From Candidatus Thorarchaeota archaeon (GTDB lineage Archaea > Asgardarchaeota > Thorarchaeia > Thorarchaeales > Thorarchaeaceae), in contig JBHLRZ010000021.1 of NCBI GenBank assembly GCA_048882045.1, positions 1 to 58,672 of the forward strand: a stretch of 58,672 bases of DNA, given 5' to 3'. The notes under the pieces were generated by a model. It made no database searches. It was not told the origin of the DNA and was given only the letters and a program-made list of their open reading frames with translations. The translations under genes were made by a program, and so were the position numbers. Positions 49,583 to 58,672 of the stretch are shown in pieces. Each line of letters opens with the position of its first letter. Position 1 is the first letter of the stretch.

Positions 49583-50377
49583 ATGTCTTGGCGCTTAATT
49601 GAAGAGATGGATAATGATGTTTTCCACAACCTAGCAATAGACGAGAGTCTTGCCAGAACAATATCAGTTCAAGACGAGAAGAGGAACACACTCCGATTCT
49701 GGAGATCCGCGAGCGCGGTGGTCATCGGTCGATTCCAGTGTGTGCATAAAGAGATCAACCTAGACTATTGCAAGAAGAATGACATTTCCATAGCCAGACG
49801 ATTCACCGGTGGAGGAACTGTTTACCAAGATATGGGAAATCTCAACTTCTCCATTTGTGTGGACAAAAGAGAGAAATACGTCCCTGCGTCATTGAAAGAG
49901 ATCTATGAGAGGTTCATTGGAGGATTGGCCAATGGTCTACAGTCAATCGGTATTCCAGCAGAGTATGATCCTGTTCGTTCTTGTATCAGAATTAGAAGTA
50001 TGAAAATTACCGGAACTGCTGGGTGGCTCAAGCGAGGAGTAGCATTTCTTCACGGAACACTCTTGGTAAGTGCGAATCTCAAAAAGCTCAGAGAGTGTCT
50101 GAATCCTCCAGAGAACCAGACAGTCTATCTGAGAGACCGGTCTAGAATAAGATGCACTGAGAGCAAGAGGGACAATGTGACAAACATTGAGGACGCTGTG
50201 CGTGACTGTCCTAGTCTGGATGAAATCAAACACACGGTCATAGAGGGTGTAAAAACTATTTCTGGACAATCTGTTGAAAGAGGGAGGTTGACCAAGGAGG
50301 AGAAGGACACTTCACAGGTTTTATATCAGAGCCGCTATTCCAAGTCCTCGTGGAATCTGGGGACACCAGCCCCATGA
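49583..50377 (+). CDS. lplA: Lipoate-protein ligase A (catalytic domain only)
   Basis: NLAIDE, RRFTGGGTVYQD.GNLN, KITG, HGTLL. Confidence 0.9.
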   Translation: MSWRLIEEMDNDVFHNLAIDESLARTISVQDEKRNTLRFWRSASAVVIGRFQCVHKEINLDYCKKNDISIARRFTGGGTVYQDMGNLNFSICVDKREKYVPASLKEIYERFIGGLANGLQSIGIPAEYDPVRSCIRIRSMKITGTAGWLKRGVAFLHGTLLVSANLKKLRECLNPPENQTVYLRDRSRIRCTESKRDNVTNIEDAVRDCPSLDEIKHTVIEGVKTISGQSVERGRLTKEEKDTSQVLYQSRYSKSSWNLGTPAP

Positions 50378-50401
50378 CCCTATTATTACGAGGAATGATT
50401 A

Positions 50402-50755
50402 ATGACAACTGACGATGTTGAGAAGACCCTAAAGAGCTTCATGAGACACTTTGGTGCATTGAACAGGGACATACCCGATGTCAGAAATGCATTCACAGAC
50501 CTGCAGAAATCTGTTCATCAAGACGGAGCACTGTCTGCGAAAATGAAGGAGATGATGTGTATTCTGGCTTCGATCCTATCACCCTGCGAAGAATGCATGG
50601 TCTATCATACCAAGCAAGCCCTTACATTAGGTGCAACCAGAGAAGAGATCATGGAAACATGCTCTGTAGCAATTGTGATGGGGGGAGGACCTGCAGCTTC
50701 GCACATTGCAACAATTCAGGACTGCCTTGATGCCTGGGCACCTAAGAAGAAGTAA
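50402..50755 (+). CDS. CMD/AhpD-family protein
   Basis: GALSAKMKE, CEEC..YH...A...GATREEI.E, MGGGPA. Confidence 0.88.
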   Translation: MTTDDVEKTLKSFMRHFGALNRDIPDVRNAFTDLQKSVHQDGALSAKMKEMMCILASILSPCEECMVYHTKQALTLGATREEIMETCSVAIVMGGGPAASHIATIQDCLDAWAPKKK

Positions 50756-51089
50756 AATCCCTGACGCAGAGAAACTTCACCGGTTCGATACTATGATTGA
50801 AGAACTGGTGAGGTTCATTTCCTTTTATGTGAAGCACATCTCCTGGATGAAGATGTAACTCCTGTTCATTCACCACTACTGTCACTTCTCCGCTTAGCAC
50901 ATACACGCCATGTTCATGGGGATGTATATCATAAGACGTATGTCCCTTGGATTCAATGATGTATGCCCGAAGTGCAAAGTTCTTGGCAGAGTTTTCTGGA
51001 TTGATGAATCTCTTACGTCTGACTCCCTTCATACCCGGATTGTCATAGACCTCATAATCTTTCGAATCGATATCACTGGTTAGATACAT
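50742..51089 (-). CDS. Cupin-domain protein
   Basis: HPHEHG.YVLSG, PGD...I...EPHQF.N. Confidence 0.88.
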   Translation of the reverse strand: MYLTSDIDSKDYEVYDNPGMKGVRRKRFINPENSAKNFALRAYIIESKGHTSYDIHPHEHGVYVLSGEVTVVVNEQELHLHPGDVLHIKGNEPHQFFNHSIEPVKFLCVRDFTSS

Positions 51090-51105
51090 GAATTCACATC
51101 CTTCT

Positions 51106-52149
51106 TCACTCGAACTCTTTGAAGAGTACCTTGATTGCTTTTTGACTTTCCATTAGTTCGAATCCCTTCTCCCACTCAGAGAGGGCTATTCGATGAGTTA
51201 TGAGTGGTTTGACATCGAATTTCTCTGAAGCTAAGAGACGGAGTGTAGTGACCCAAGATGAGGGGAGAGTGCCCCATGTTCCAGACATGGTTAGCTCCTT
51301 GGTGATAATTGGGTCCAGATCTATATTTGCAGGTTGACCTCTGACTCCGAGGAGTGTGACATGACCTGCAACCTTCACAAAGTCCAAAGCTTGACTACAG
51401 GCAACACAAGCGCCAGATGCTTCAATGACAGCATCGGCTCCAACACCATCAGTCTCAGAGTTTATGATACCCATAGGATCGGTTTCGGTCTGAACATCAA
51501 TTGTCAAATCTGCTCCAAGTTTGGTTGCGATCTCAAAACGCCATTCATCAGCGGTTACACCAGTGACTATGATTTTTCCTGCTCCCATTGACTGAGCAAG
51601 TTCAATGGCCATCAGTCCCATAGTACCAGGACCCTGCACAACAACGGTATCTCCAGGACAAATCGGAGTCTTGTCAATCACTGAGTGCACAACGCATGCA
51701 AGAGGTTCAGCAAGTGCTGCCTCTTCGAGTGAAACCCCCTTTGGGACTTTGTGAACAATGTAATCGGGAACAACCAAATATTTGGCAAAAGCACCATCAG
51801 CATTAGAAGTTCCAAGTATCCTCTTGTCTTTGGCTGTACACCTGTTCATATGTCCAGTCTTACACTGGAGACACTTTCCACAGAATGCAGTTGCTGGTGA
51901 AACAACACGTTGACCAGTTGCAACAGAAGTGACATCTTCACCTACCTCGACTACCTTGCCACTGTATTCGTGTCCCAACACGACAGGAGGCGTGTAGAAA
52001 GCTTGGTCATGCTTGATATGAATATCAGTCCCACATATGCCAGCAGCTGCAACCTCGATCAAGACCTCATCCCTTTTTGGCTTAGGGACATCAAGTTCTC
52101 GGAGTTCCAAGTTGCCAACGCCTCTGGCAGTCTTCATGAGTCCTCTCAA
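51106..52149 (-). CDS. Zn-dependent medium-chain dehydrogenase (sorbitol/threonine DH-like)
   Basis: GICGTD, GHE, CGKCLQC...C, EP, GPGTMG. Confidence 0.92.
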   Translation of the reverse strand: MRGLMKTARGVGNLELRELDVPKPKRDEVLIEVAAAGICGTDIHIKHDQAFYTPPVVLGHEYSGKVVEVGEDVTSVATGQRVVSPATAFCGKCLQCKTGHMNRCTAKDKRILGTSNADGAFAKYLVVPDYIVHKVPKGVSLEEAALAEPLACVVHSVIDKTPICPGDTVVVQGPGTMGLMAIELAQSMGAGKIIVTGVTADEWRFEIATKLGADLTIDVQTETDPMGIINSETDGVGADAVIEASGACVACSQALDFVKVAGHVTLLGVRGQPANIDLDPIITKELTMSGTWGTLPSSWVTTLRLLASEKFDVKPLITHRIALSEWEKGFELMESQKAIKVLFKEFE

Positions 52150-52207
52150 TCTGGTGACCTCTAGGTTTTGATAGTGACTGTGTTATAGAATTTTGCGGAA
52201 CCTCTTC

Positions 52208-52486
52208 TCAGTTGTCATGTTCCAAGGAGTTGAAAAAATCAGCTGGTTCATCACCTTGGTCAAGAGACCGAACCCTGTAGCCATTACTCAGTTCGCCGCG
52301 GATCTTACCTGCAACCTGTGCTCCTACAAACCGTTTTCGAACATTGGCCTCTCGGCCCAACCAGATGTATACACTCTTGTTTGTATTATCAACGATGCAG
52401 AAGACTTTCTCTTCATGTAGACCCTCTTTAGTAAGATTCACATCTAGAGTGGTACCATCTTCCAACATCTCTAATGCATTTACCAT
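52208..52486 (-). CDS. Single-domain gelsolin-like protein
   Basis: L....VF.IVD.....YIWLG..A.....F.G...A...........LDQGDEP.DF. Start placed at MVNALE. Confidence 0.82.
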   Translation of the reverse strand: MVNALEMLEDGTTLDVNLTKEGLHEEKVFCIVDNTNKSVYIWLGREANVRKRFVGAQVAGKIRGELSNGYRVRSLDQGDEPADFFNSLEHDN

Positions 52487-52642
52487 CCGGTCTTCCTCTT
52501 CATTTAGTAAGATGCTAATTTCTGGTACGAGGTCTAAATACTTTGCCCCACGTGGTGTCTCTGTACCATTCTCACTTCTACTTGAGATGTTATAACCTAA
52601 GTGTGGATGTGTTATTGCGGCATTGGCAGAATAATATCTCAC

Positions 52643-53011
52643 TCAGATGCGCTCGAAAGAGGCTCTTACTGAACCTCCGCAATAGTTGCATTTGGCCTCT
52701 AGGGGCCCCGTCCAGTCAATTCCTTCATGGGACAGTCCTGCCCCACAGGATGGACATCGTTCAGGCAACCGAACTGTTCTGATCTCAGACCCATCTGAAC
52801 GTTGATACCCGCGATGTTGCTCAGGGATTACAAATGAGGGGGCCTCGACAGTAAAGCCACGAGCAATCTGCGAAGCCACTCCGGTCCCAGCTCTACACAC
52901 TGTGAAGAAGATGATGACCACGACGATAACGAATATGATTGGAATAATCATGAATATGAGTGTGAATGTTCCAAACATATCGCCGAATATATCGAAAAAG
53001 TCAAACTGCAA
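52643..53011 (-). CDS. Membrane-anchored zinc-ribbon protein
   Basis: N-terminal TM; CPSC...CNYC. Confidence 0.78.
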   Translation of the reverse strand: MQFDFFDIFGDMFGTFTLIFMIIPIIFVIVVVIIFFTVCRAGTGVASQIARGFTVEAPSFVIPEQHRGYQRSDGSEIRTVRLPERCPSCGAGLSHEGIDWTGPLEAKCNYCGGSVRASFERI

Positions 53012-53166
53012 CCAATTCTCTCCTTAGGGGTTGTGTTTCATGTACAAACGAACCTCGAGGACTTATACCTTTTGTGACCAAAATTCCCCCAAAACACATG
53101 TTCGGAACTTATAAAAACGAGGCCGATTGCAGGCGGTCATAGTAATAATTGGAGGCTTATTGACAA

Positions 53167-53526
53167 ATGCAAATTCCAGCGTTCCTCTTGAGGAAGTTAT
53201 ACATCAAAGGCAGCCTTGAAAACGTCGAGGGTGGCTTTTCGTTAAAACTGAAGAATTCGCTTTCTCCTGGGACTACAACAGCAGTAGCACCAATCAAAGT
53301 GGATGGGAACGAGTACCCGTTAGACACACTTGTTATTCGATCAGTCGATGGTGAAGTTCTTGGATCTGAGATTAGTGAGGACAACACCTTTCCAATCAAG
53401 GTTGGAGTTGAAATAGAACTCTTCGTCAAAGGAGATTCTCTTTCCGAAGGTGAGCATAAAATCGACCTATCACTTACCACAAAGGAAGCAGGTACTCTAG
53501 CTTTCGATGTCACAGATGCGATATAA
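53167..53526 (+). CDS. Conserved hypothetical beta-rich protein
   Basis: P.FLLRKLY.KGSL.N...GF...LKN; GGAGG RBS and upstream TATA-like box. Confidence 0.75.
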   Translation: MQIPAFLLRKLYIKGSLENVEGGFSLKLKNSLSPGTTTAVAPIKVDGNEYPLDTLVIRSVDGEVLGSEISEDNTFPIKVGVEIELFVKGDSLSEGEHKIDLSLTTKEAGTLAFDVTDAI

Positions 53527-53535
53527 AGAGTAATT

Positions 53536-53557
53536 GCAGAGGGCTTGAGCCTTTTGC
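53536..53557 (+). terminator. Hairpin downstream of 53167-53526
   Basis: GCAGAGGGCT-TG-AGCCTTTTGC. Confidence 0.45.
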
Positions 53558-53576
53558 CATCACTTCTAAATGAGTT

Positions 53577-53747
53577 TTATCTAGTTATGAGAAAAACAAC
53601 TAGGTAGAGAAAGGGGACTACAAATAGCATAAAGAAGACAAGTGCATCCCCGGCTTTCTTCAATCTTCCATGACTAAATGGACACACTCCTCCTTCACTC
53701 GAATCAGAAATTGTGATTGTCAAATCAGTAGATTCGTTGTCGTCCAT
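53577..53747 (-). CDS. 56-aa tail-anchored small membrane protein (not in the ORF track)
   Basis: MDDNESTDLTITISDSSEGGVCPFSHGRLKKAGDALVFFMLFVVPFLYLVVFLITR*; GAAGGT upstream. Confidence 0.6.
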   Translation of the reverse strand: MDDNESTDLTITISDSSEGGVCPFSHGRLKKAGDALVFFMLFVVPFLYLVVFLITR

Positions 53748-53858
53748 TTACCTTCAGTTTAAGCCAAGGTATTCCATCTTTTGATATTTGGGATATGTCT
53801 TCTATAACGCCAGAAGAGTTTTCAACATAAAACTCCACACTTTGGTCGGTGGTAGCCA

Positions 53859-54770
53859 GTGTATATCAAGATTCGAACTGATGGCTCTCTCGGAATTGGC
53901 CGCGGAACCGAGGGAAGTGCAGAAATCACCTTGGGTTATGGAGAAGCTCATATGGTTGCTGCAGCTTTAGAGAAACTTGCACAGACAGCACGCAGCTATA
54001 AGCAGGAGTATCTTAAAACCACAAGTGTGGGCGGTGGAAACAAAATCACGTTTAGTCGTGACGATGATGGTACGATTACAATCTCAGGAGACAGACAGAC
54101 CTATGTCTGCACAGAAGCAGAAATCAGACAGATGGCTGAACGGTTGAAGCATCTACCTCCTGTTGAGGTGGCACCACCCTCGGATTACGTTAGAAAGATC
54201 AAGCCATCGGAGGGCATGTGTCTAGCAATCACTAATGGAGGAAACACAATCAATGTCAGACTTCCGGAGGCAGCTGTCATCAAGACTGCCCTTCGAAGTA
54301 GTATCGATTCAAGGTTCTATGAAGAACTGATTGCGGTTGGCCATCGTAGGATTGCTCTCACAAGAAGTAGTGATCTGAAATGGCAACTAAATGACGGAAC
54401 TAATACAGTACGGTTCACTGCGTATGAGATAGAGGCATTCGTTGCAGGACTTCACAATGGAATCCTGGATGTCCTCATGGATATGGTCAAGAGCTTTGGA
54501 GCTGATGACGTTTCGGATATTCGTGTAAAGAGTCAGCTAAAGCGTGTTGAACAAGAAACGACCGAATTATTCGCTGAGGATAGGAATGCAAAGGGGATGG
54601 TAAGAGATCTCGCAAAGCGTACTAAAAAGATCATTGGCATTGATGAGTACGCAGATGAGCGGGCAGACTGGTTCATCGAGATGTGCAATCATGTCTATGG
54701 AAAAATGGATACAAATTATGTCGAACCATTGTTCAACCTCTTCTCAAAGATGTTTGTAGTTGAAAATTGA
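53859..54770 (+). CDS. Hypothetical protein
   Basis: 303-aa ORF with repeated beta-beta-alpha-like units. Confidence 0.75.
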   Translation: MYIKIRTDGSLGIGRGTEGSAEITLGYGEAHMVAAALEKLAQTARSYKQEYLKTTSVGGGNKITFSRDDDGTITISGDRQTYVCTEAEIRQMAERLKHLPPVEVAPPSDYVRKIKPSEGMCLAITNGGNTINVRLPEAAVIKTALRSSIDSRFYEELIAVGHRRIALTRSSDLKWQLNDGTNTVRFTAYEIEAFVAGLHNGILDVLMDMVKSFGADDVSDIRVKSQLKRVEQETTELFAEDRNAKGMVRDLAKRTKKIIGIDEYADERADWFIEMCNHVYGKMDTNYVEPLFNLFSKMFVVEN

Positions 54771-54925
54771 GAGTAAATCTTCTTCAACAAAGCAAATACC
54801 AAAGCGGATATCGCTACCTGATAATCGGGAGCGCCTCCATCAAAATGTTTAATTCATTAGTGAATCATTTCCTCCGTTTAGTCACGTTTGAGAACGATGA
54901 CAAAGGTTAGGGAGAATAAGAAAAG

Positions 54926-55225
54926 TTGCAACCTATGTTTGCTGTAAATATACCAAGTCTAATCATAATTGGATTTCTAATTGGAATCATATTGATCATT
55001 GTTGGGAACAGAGAAAGGGATGATATGTCTAGAAGAAACAAATTTCTCAGATCCGGGATTATTGTCGTGGGAATCATGATACCTGTCACACCAATCTCAT
55101 GGTATGGATATTGGGCATTGAGTAGCAGCGTCACATTAATGCTCCTTGATTACATCATCATAGCAGTAGCGATAGTGATTGGAATTCTTGTGATAGTCCA
55201 AGGATTCAGATCGACCAGCAAGTGA
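54926..55225 (+). CDS. Small 3-TM membrane protein
   Basis: Three hydrophobic segments; GGAG upstream. Confidence 0.7.
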   Translation: MQPMFAVNIPSLIIIGFLIGIILIIVGNRERDDMSRRNKFLRSGIIVVGIMIPVTPISWYGYWALSSSVTLMLLDYIIIAVAIVIGILVIVQGFRSTSK

Positions 55226-55229
55226 CTTG

Positions 55230-55631
55230 TTATCTACCCTCAACTAGTTCAATCACATATTTGTCCCTGGTGAAGAGGAAACATATCTTTCGTTCGTCAA
55301 AGAGCGGGGCTTCTATAGGCTTTGATATTATAACAGCCCCGTTCTTGCGAGCCCTCTTCATGGCTTCATCAATGTCAGGAACTTCATAACAGAGATGATA
55401 CAATGACTGTCGTTTCTCCAATAGGTTTGATACAGGGGAGTCTTCAGTTAGTGGGGAAATGAGTTCTATTTTTACGGGATCATCCTCAGAGATCCCCATG
55501 AGCACAACTCGTACTTTCTGGGTTGGATCATCAACAATTGGCCCTAATTGCTTGTATCCAAAGAGCGCTTCATGGTTCTTGATTCCCTGTTCGATGTCTT
55601 CAACTAGGATACCAATATGACTGAGCTTCAT
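55230..55631 (-). CDS. VOC-family protein, methylmalonyl-CoA epimerase-like
   Basis: HIGI.V, Q.V.V, IELI.P....SP, HLCYEV.DI, IELVE; AGGTGAGG RBS. Confidence 0.85.
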   Translation of the reverse strand: MKLSHIGILVEDIEQGIKNHEALFGYKQLGPIVDDPTQKVRVVLMGISEDDPVKIELISPLTEDSPVSNLLEKRQSLYHLCYEVPDIDEAMKRARKNGAVIISKPIEAPLFDERKICFLFTRDKYVIELVEGR

Positions 55632-55670
55632 TACCTCACCTGAATCTACGAAATGTTGTGGTTCATCCAT

Positions 55671-56629
55671 AAGTCTGTCGGAATCGTTGTTTGCAAACTA
55701 GACAAATTTGAACTGTGATTTTGTTGGATTTTCAGGAGATGGTTTATAGAGGTTTAAAATATGAAATTGTTTTAGAGTTCTGGTTCTCTGCCATGTAGCT
55801 CTTTCAGGTTTTCTCTGTTAGCCTGAAGGAATTGAACGAGGTTATCGATTTTTCTTCTAGATTCGGGATCATCCTTACTTATTTCACGAGCTTTTTCTAA
55901 AGCTTTCTTTCCCTCTATGTAATTTCCAGATCGATAATTATCAATAGCTAGATTCATCCAGGCTTCTAATGATCCTGGTGCAGCAAGAGTTGCATTCCTT
56001 CTTGCTTCAATCGCCTTCTCAAAGTCGCTCCTTTCCCAAAACAAAGTTCCTAGGCGTGTCCATAATTCTTCAGCATCGAAATTCCCCTTCTGTAAGACAG
56101 CTTTTGCTTCATTTGGTCGCCCTCTGGAAGAATAGAACTGTGCAAGTCTAATCAAATTCTGCTTGTCTTGAGGCATCATTTGAGTCAGCAGTATGTATAT
56201 CTCTTCAGCTAGCTTATCTTCACCATCAGAATCAAGCATCCGTGCATATCGGATGACCGTTTCACCGGGCCCTGTAAAAGGAGGCAATCCATCATCAACC
56301 AAGAGCGGCTTTAGTTTCCTGTGAGCTTCTCTAGCTTCATCCCACCTCTCAGCTCCCAACAATGCCAGAATTAATGAACTCCAAGTTGATTCGTCTCTTG
56401 GTCTATGTTTGACAAGCTTTCGGAGCAATCTGATAGAATCTTCATACTCCTTGTTTCTAAGAAGTGAAACTGCACGCTCAAACAAATCATCTAGATCTTC
56501 GCTAGACCTTCCTTTCTGGAACCTCATCATATCGCTCTCTGTTAAAACTATGAAGAAATGAATGAATTAGCTTAAATCTCCTTCCCACTTACGACTCTTC
56601 ATCAACTTAAATCCAAGTCTGTCGGAATC
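55671..56629 (+). repeat. 15-bp direct repeat AAGTCTGTCGGAATC flanking a TPR gene
   Basis: Copies at 55671-55685 and 56615-56629. Confidence 0.85.
55772..56530 (-). CDS. TPR repeat protein
   Basis: W..LG..., A...P....AW.NLA TPR patterns. Confidence 0.85.
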   Translation of the reverse strand: MMRFQKGRSSEDLDDLFERAVSLLRNKEYEDSIRLLRKLVKHRPRDESTWSSLILALLGAERWDEAREAHRKLKPLLVDDGLPPFTGPGETVIRYARMLDSDGEDKLAEEIYILLTQMMPQDKQNLIRLAQFYSSRGRPNEAKAVLQKGNFDAEELWTRLGTLFWERSDFEKAIEARRNATLAAPGSLEAWMNLAIDNYRSGNYIEGKKALEKAREISKDDPESRRKIDNLVQFLQANRENLKELHGREPEL

Positions 56630-56679
56630 CTTTTGAAAGAGTCCTCTGAGGCAAATGTACTAAGAAACTGGTGTAGATT

Positions 56680-57549
56680 GTGTCACGGTCGAACTATCCA
56701 AGACAATTGGCAAAGAGATGGGGTTTCAGAGCTCCGAGGCAGTTGGTCCGTATGATGAAACTCCACAGGACACCATTCCAGACAATTCTACATAATATGT
56801 TCGCAGTTCTCGAGGAGGTTGATGGACGCTTCGCATTCCCAACAATCGCAGCGGTGGCGAAGATGAAACCAGATCTTGTGAAGATGATTGTTGATGAGGG
56901 CCACGAGGTTGCGAGTCATGGGTATAATCATGTGAGATATCCAACACTGACAAGTGCAGAGCGAGAGAGAGATCTCAAGCTGAGTCTTCAAGTGTTCAAG
57001 AAAATGGGTATCGAAGTCAATGGATTCAGGGCACCTTACGATAACTACACCGATGATATGCCAGAGCTGATAGAACAGACTGTGCTTATCTGGGATGGAG
57101 GATTTGGGTATAGAGCTGAACACAGAGAGAAGACTCATTTCTTCCACGCAGATATCAGTGGACAGAAATCAAGAGTGACATACATTCCACTCAATATACA
57201 AAGTGATGATCGCTTGATTGATAGTATGGGTCTGAACCCGCAAGAAGTGACCAAGACACTGAATGCGGAAGTAAGTAACGCGGCAAAGACAAATGGGGTA
57301 ATCATGTTTGACCTTCATCCAATCAGAATGGGGCAACCTGATTATGTTGGGTGTTTCAGGGATGTGACACAACATGCTATAGGTCTGGGTGCATGGTGTA
57401 CAACACCAACAGAGGCAGTGAAATACTGGAACACTCATGGTAGGTGGAAAGGAGACAGTACTTTCTGTCTCCTCCTCACTGGCGATATAGACAATTGGGT
57501 CTTCTCAGATTACCTGAGAAGAGTTCTATGGCGCAGAGATAGAAGGTGA
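56680..57549 (+). CDS. Polysaccharide deacetylase family protein
   Basis: HEVASHGYNH, GFRAPY, DLHP. Confidence 0.88.
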   Translation: MSRSNYPRQLAKRWGFRAPRQLVRMMKLHRTPFQTILHNMFAVLEEVDGRFAFPTIAAVAKMKPDLVKMIVDEGHEVASHGYNHVRYPTLTSAERERDLKLSLQVFKKMGIEVNGFRAPYDNYTDDMPELIEQTVLIWDGGFGYRAEHREKTHFFHADISGQKSRVTYIPLNIQSDDRLIDSMGLNPQEVTKTLNAEVSNAAKTNGVIMFDLHPIRMGQPDYVGCFRDVTQHAIGLGAWCTTPTEAVKYWNTHGRWKGDSTFCLLLTGDIDNWVFSDYLRRVLWRRDRR

Positions 57550-58001
57550 ATGACATGGGTAAAATGCTCGGGAGATTTCTGCGGATACTCGCATGGTTAG
57601 CACCATCATACCAATTCAGGGCAAGTGTCTATCGGAAATGTGGCGTCAAAATAGGAAAAGGCGTCTACATGGGATTTCAAGTTTTGATAGATGGAGAATA
57701 CCCTGAGTATATCGAGATTGGAGACTGGGCAAGTATCGGTCCTGGTGTGAAAATCATGGCACACTCCGGGGCAAGTCCATATCATCAGAGGAAGCAGATA
57801 TTCCATGAGGGGCCAAAGAGAGTTGTGATAGAGAAAGGCGCATGGCTTGCAGCTGGGGCGATTATTCTACCAGGAGTTACTGTTGGAGAGGGGGCAATTG
57901 TTGCTGCAGGCGCAGTAGTGAGTAAGGATGTCCCCCCTTTGACAATGGTCGCGGGAAATCCTGCACGTGCTGTTCAGAAGCTTGAACCAAAGAAGAGCTA
58001 G
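57546..58001 (+). CDS. Hexapeptide-repeat O-acyltransferase
   Basis: I.PGVTVGEGAIVAAGAVVSKDVP....AGNPA. Confidence 0.9.
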   Translation: MNDMGKMLGRFLRILAWLAPSYQFRASVYRKCGVKIGKGVYMGFQVLIDGEYPEYIEIGDWASIGPGVKIMAHSGASPYHQRKQIFHEGPKRVVIEKGAWLAAGAIILPGVTVGEGAIVAAGAVVSKDVPPLTMVAGNPARAVQKLEPKKS

Positions 58002-58097
58002 GATATACCATCACTCCTGACGATGACGAAATTGAATCACAAAGCCGGAAGACTTAAGCCAAAGTACTGAACAAAGTTGAGTTTCAGTGTTGCAAAG

Positions 58098-58672
58098 ATG
58101 AATCAAAATAAGTCACGTCTTATCGTTGTGATTGTTGTCACACTCTTACTATCATCTCCCACGTATTTCACCTCACAGGGATTTTCAAGCAGTGAAGAGG
58201 AGCTTTCACCAGATACAATAATTCACAACGGCACAATCATCACGATGGAGCAATATCCCGAGCAAGTTGAGGCTTTGGCCATCCAAGGCGAATCCATTCT
58301 CGCGATCGGTAATGAGAGTGACATCATTGCAATGGCTGGACCAAACACCCACTTTATTGACCTTGATGGGAGAGCCCTTACTCCAGGCTTTATTGATTCC
58401 CATGCTCATTGGATACGTCGTATAGATGTTGTGAATCAATCAATACCAGATGAAGCGATGGAGAGTGCCCTGAGCAATGGATGGACAAGCATTACAGAAA
58501 TGACTGCGAATCCGAATACCTTGGGTGAACTGATAGACTTAGATCAGCAGGACAGTCTTCGCATTCGTGTCAATGTCTATCTCACAATGAGTCGAGGTGG
58601 GATGGATTTTGGAGATTGGTATCAAGCATACCAACCCAGACAAGAATTTAGTTCAATGTTAAGGATTGCAGG
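58098..58672 (+). CDS. Secreted amidohydrolase (YtcJ-like), partial
   Basis: Hand translation: signal peptide, IHNGTIITM, EALAI, IDLDGRALTPGFIDSHAH; runs off the window. Confidence 0.85.
   Translation, partial: MNQNKSRLIVVIVVTLLLSSPTYFTSQGFSSSEEELSPDTIIHNGTIITMEQYPEQVEALAIQGESILAIGNESDIIAMAGPNTHFIDLDGRALTPGFIDSHAHWIRRIDVVNQSIPDEAMESALSNGWTSITEMTANPNTLGELIDLDQQDSLRIRVNVYLTMSRGGMDFGDWYQAYQPRQEFSSMLRIA

Overview
This is an archaeal chromosomal window, most likely from an Asgard archaeon (Thorarchaeia-like). That call rests on several eukaryotic-signature proteins (Rab-like GTPase, longin and roadblock domains, single-domain gelsolin, LRR/TPR proteins), an fwdDBA operon, and GAGGTGA-type ribosome-binding sites with many TTG/GTG starts. 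Most of the window is metabolic: a family I CoA-transferase, an FAD/Fe-S oxidoreductase pair, LLM oxidoreductases, cysteine synthase, a B12 acyl-CoA mutase with CobO, 2-oxoacid dehydrogenase E1a/E1b/E2 and LplA. Five things stand out. (1) A ~6.5 kb island (~42.85-49.5 kb) is bracketed by two diverged copies of a non-coding element and carries a 5'-truncated TnpB with a Fanzor-type rearranged RuvC site, followed by a 19-bp repeat and a two-hairpin kissing-loop structure. (2) A longin + winged-helix protein resembling NPRL2 (GATOR1) is encoded with a Rab-like GTPase that has an altered G3 motif. (3) The mutase has isobutyryl-CoA-mutase specificity residues (F89/Q207). (4) Single TPR and LRR genes are bracketed by short direct repeats. 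(5) A family-5 solute-binding protein is circularly permuted. No rRNA, tRNA or CRISPR array was recognised. All family calls come from motif recognition by eye; no database searches were run.
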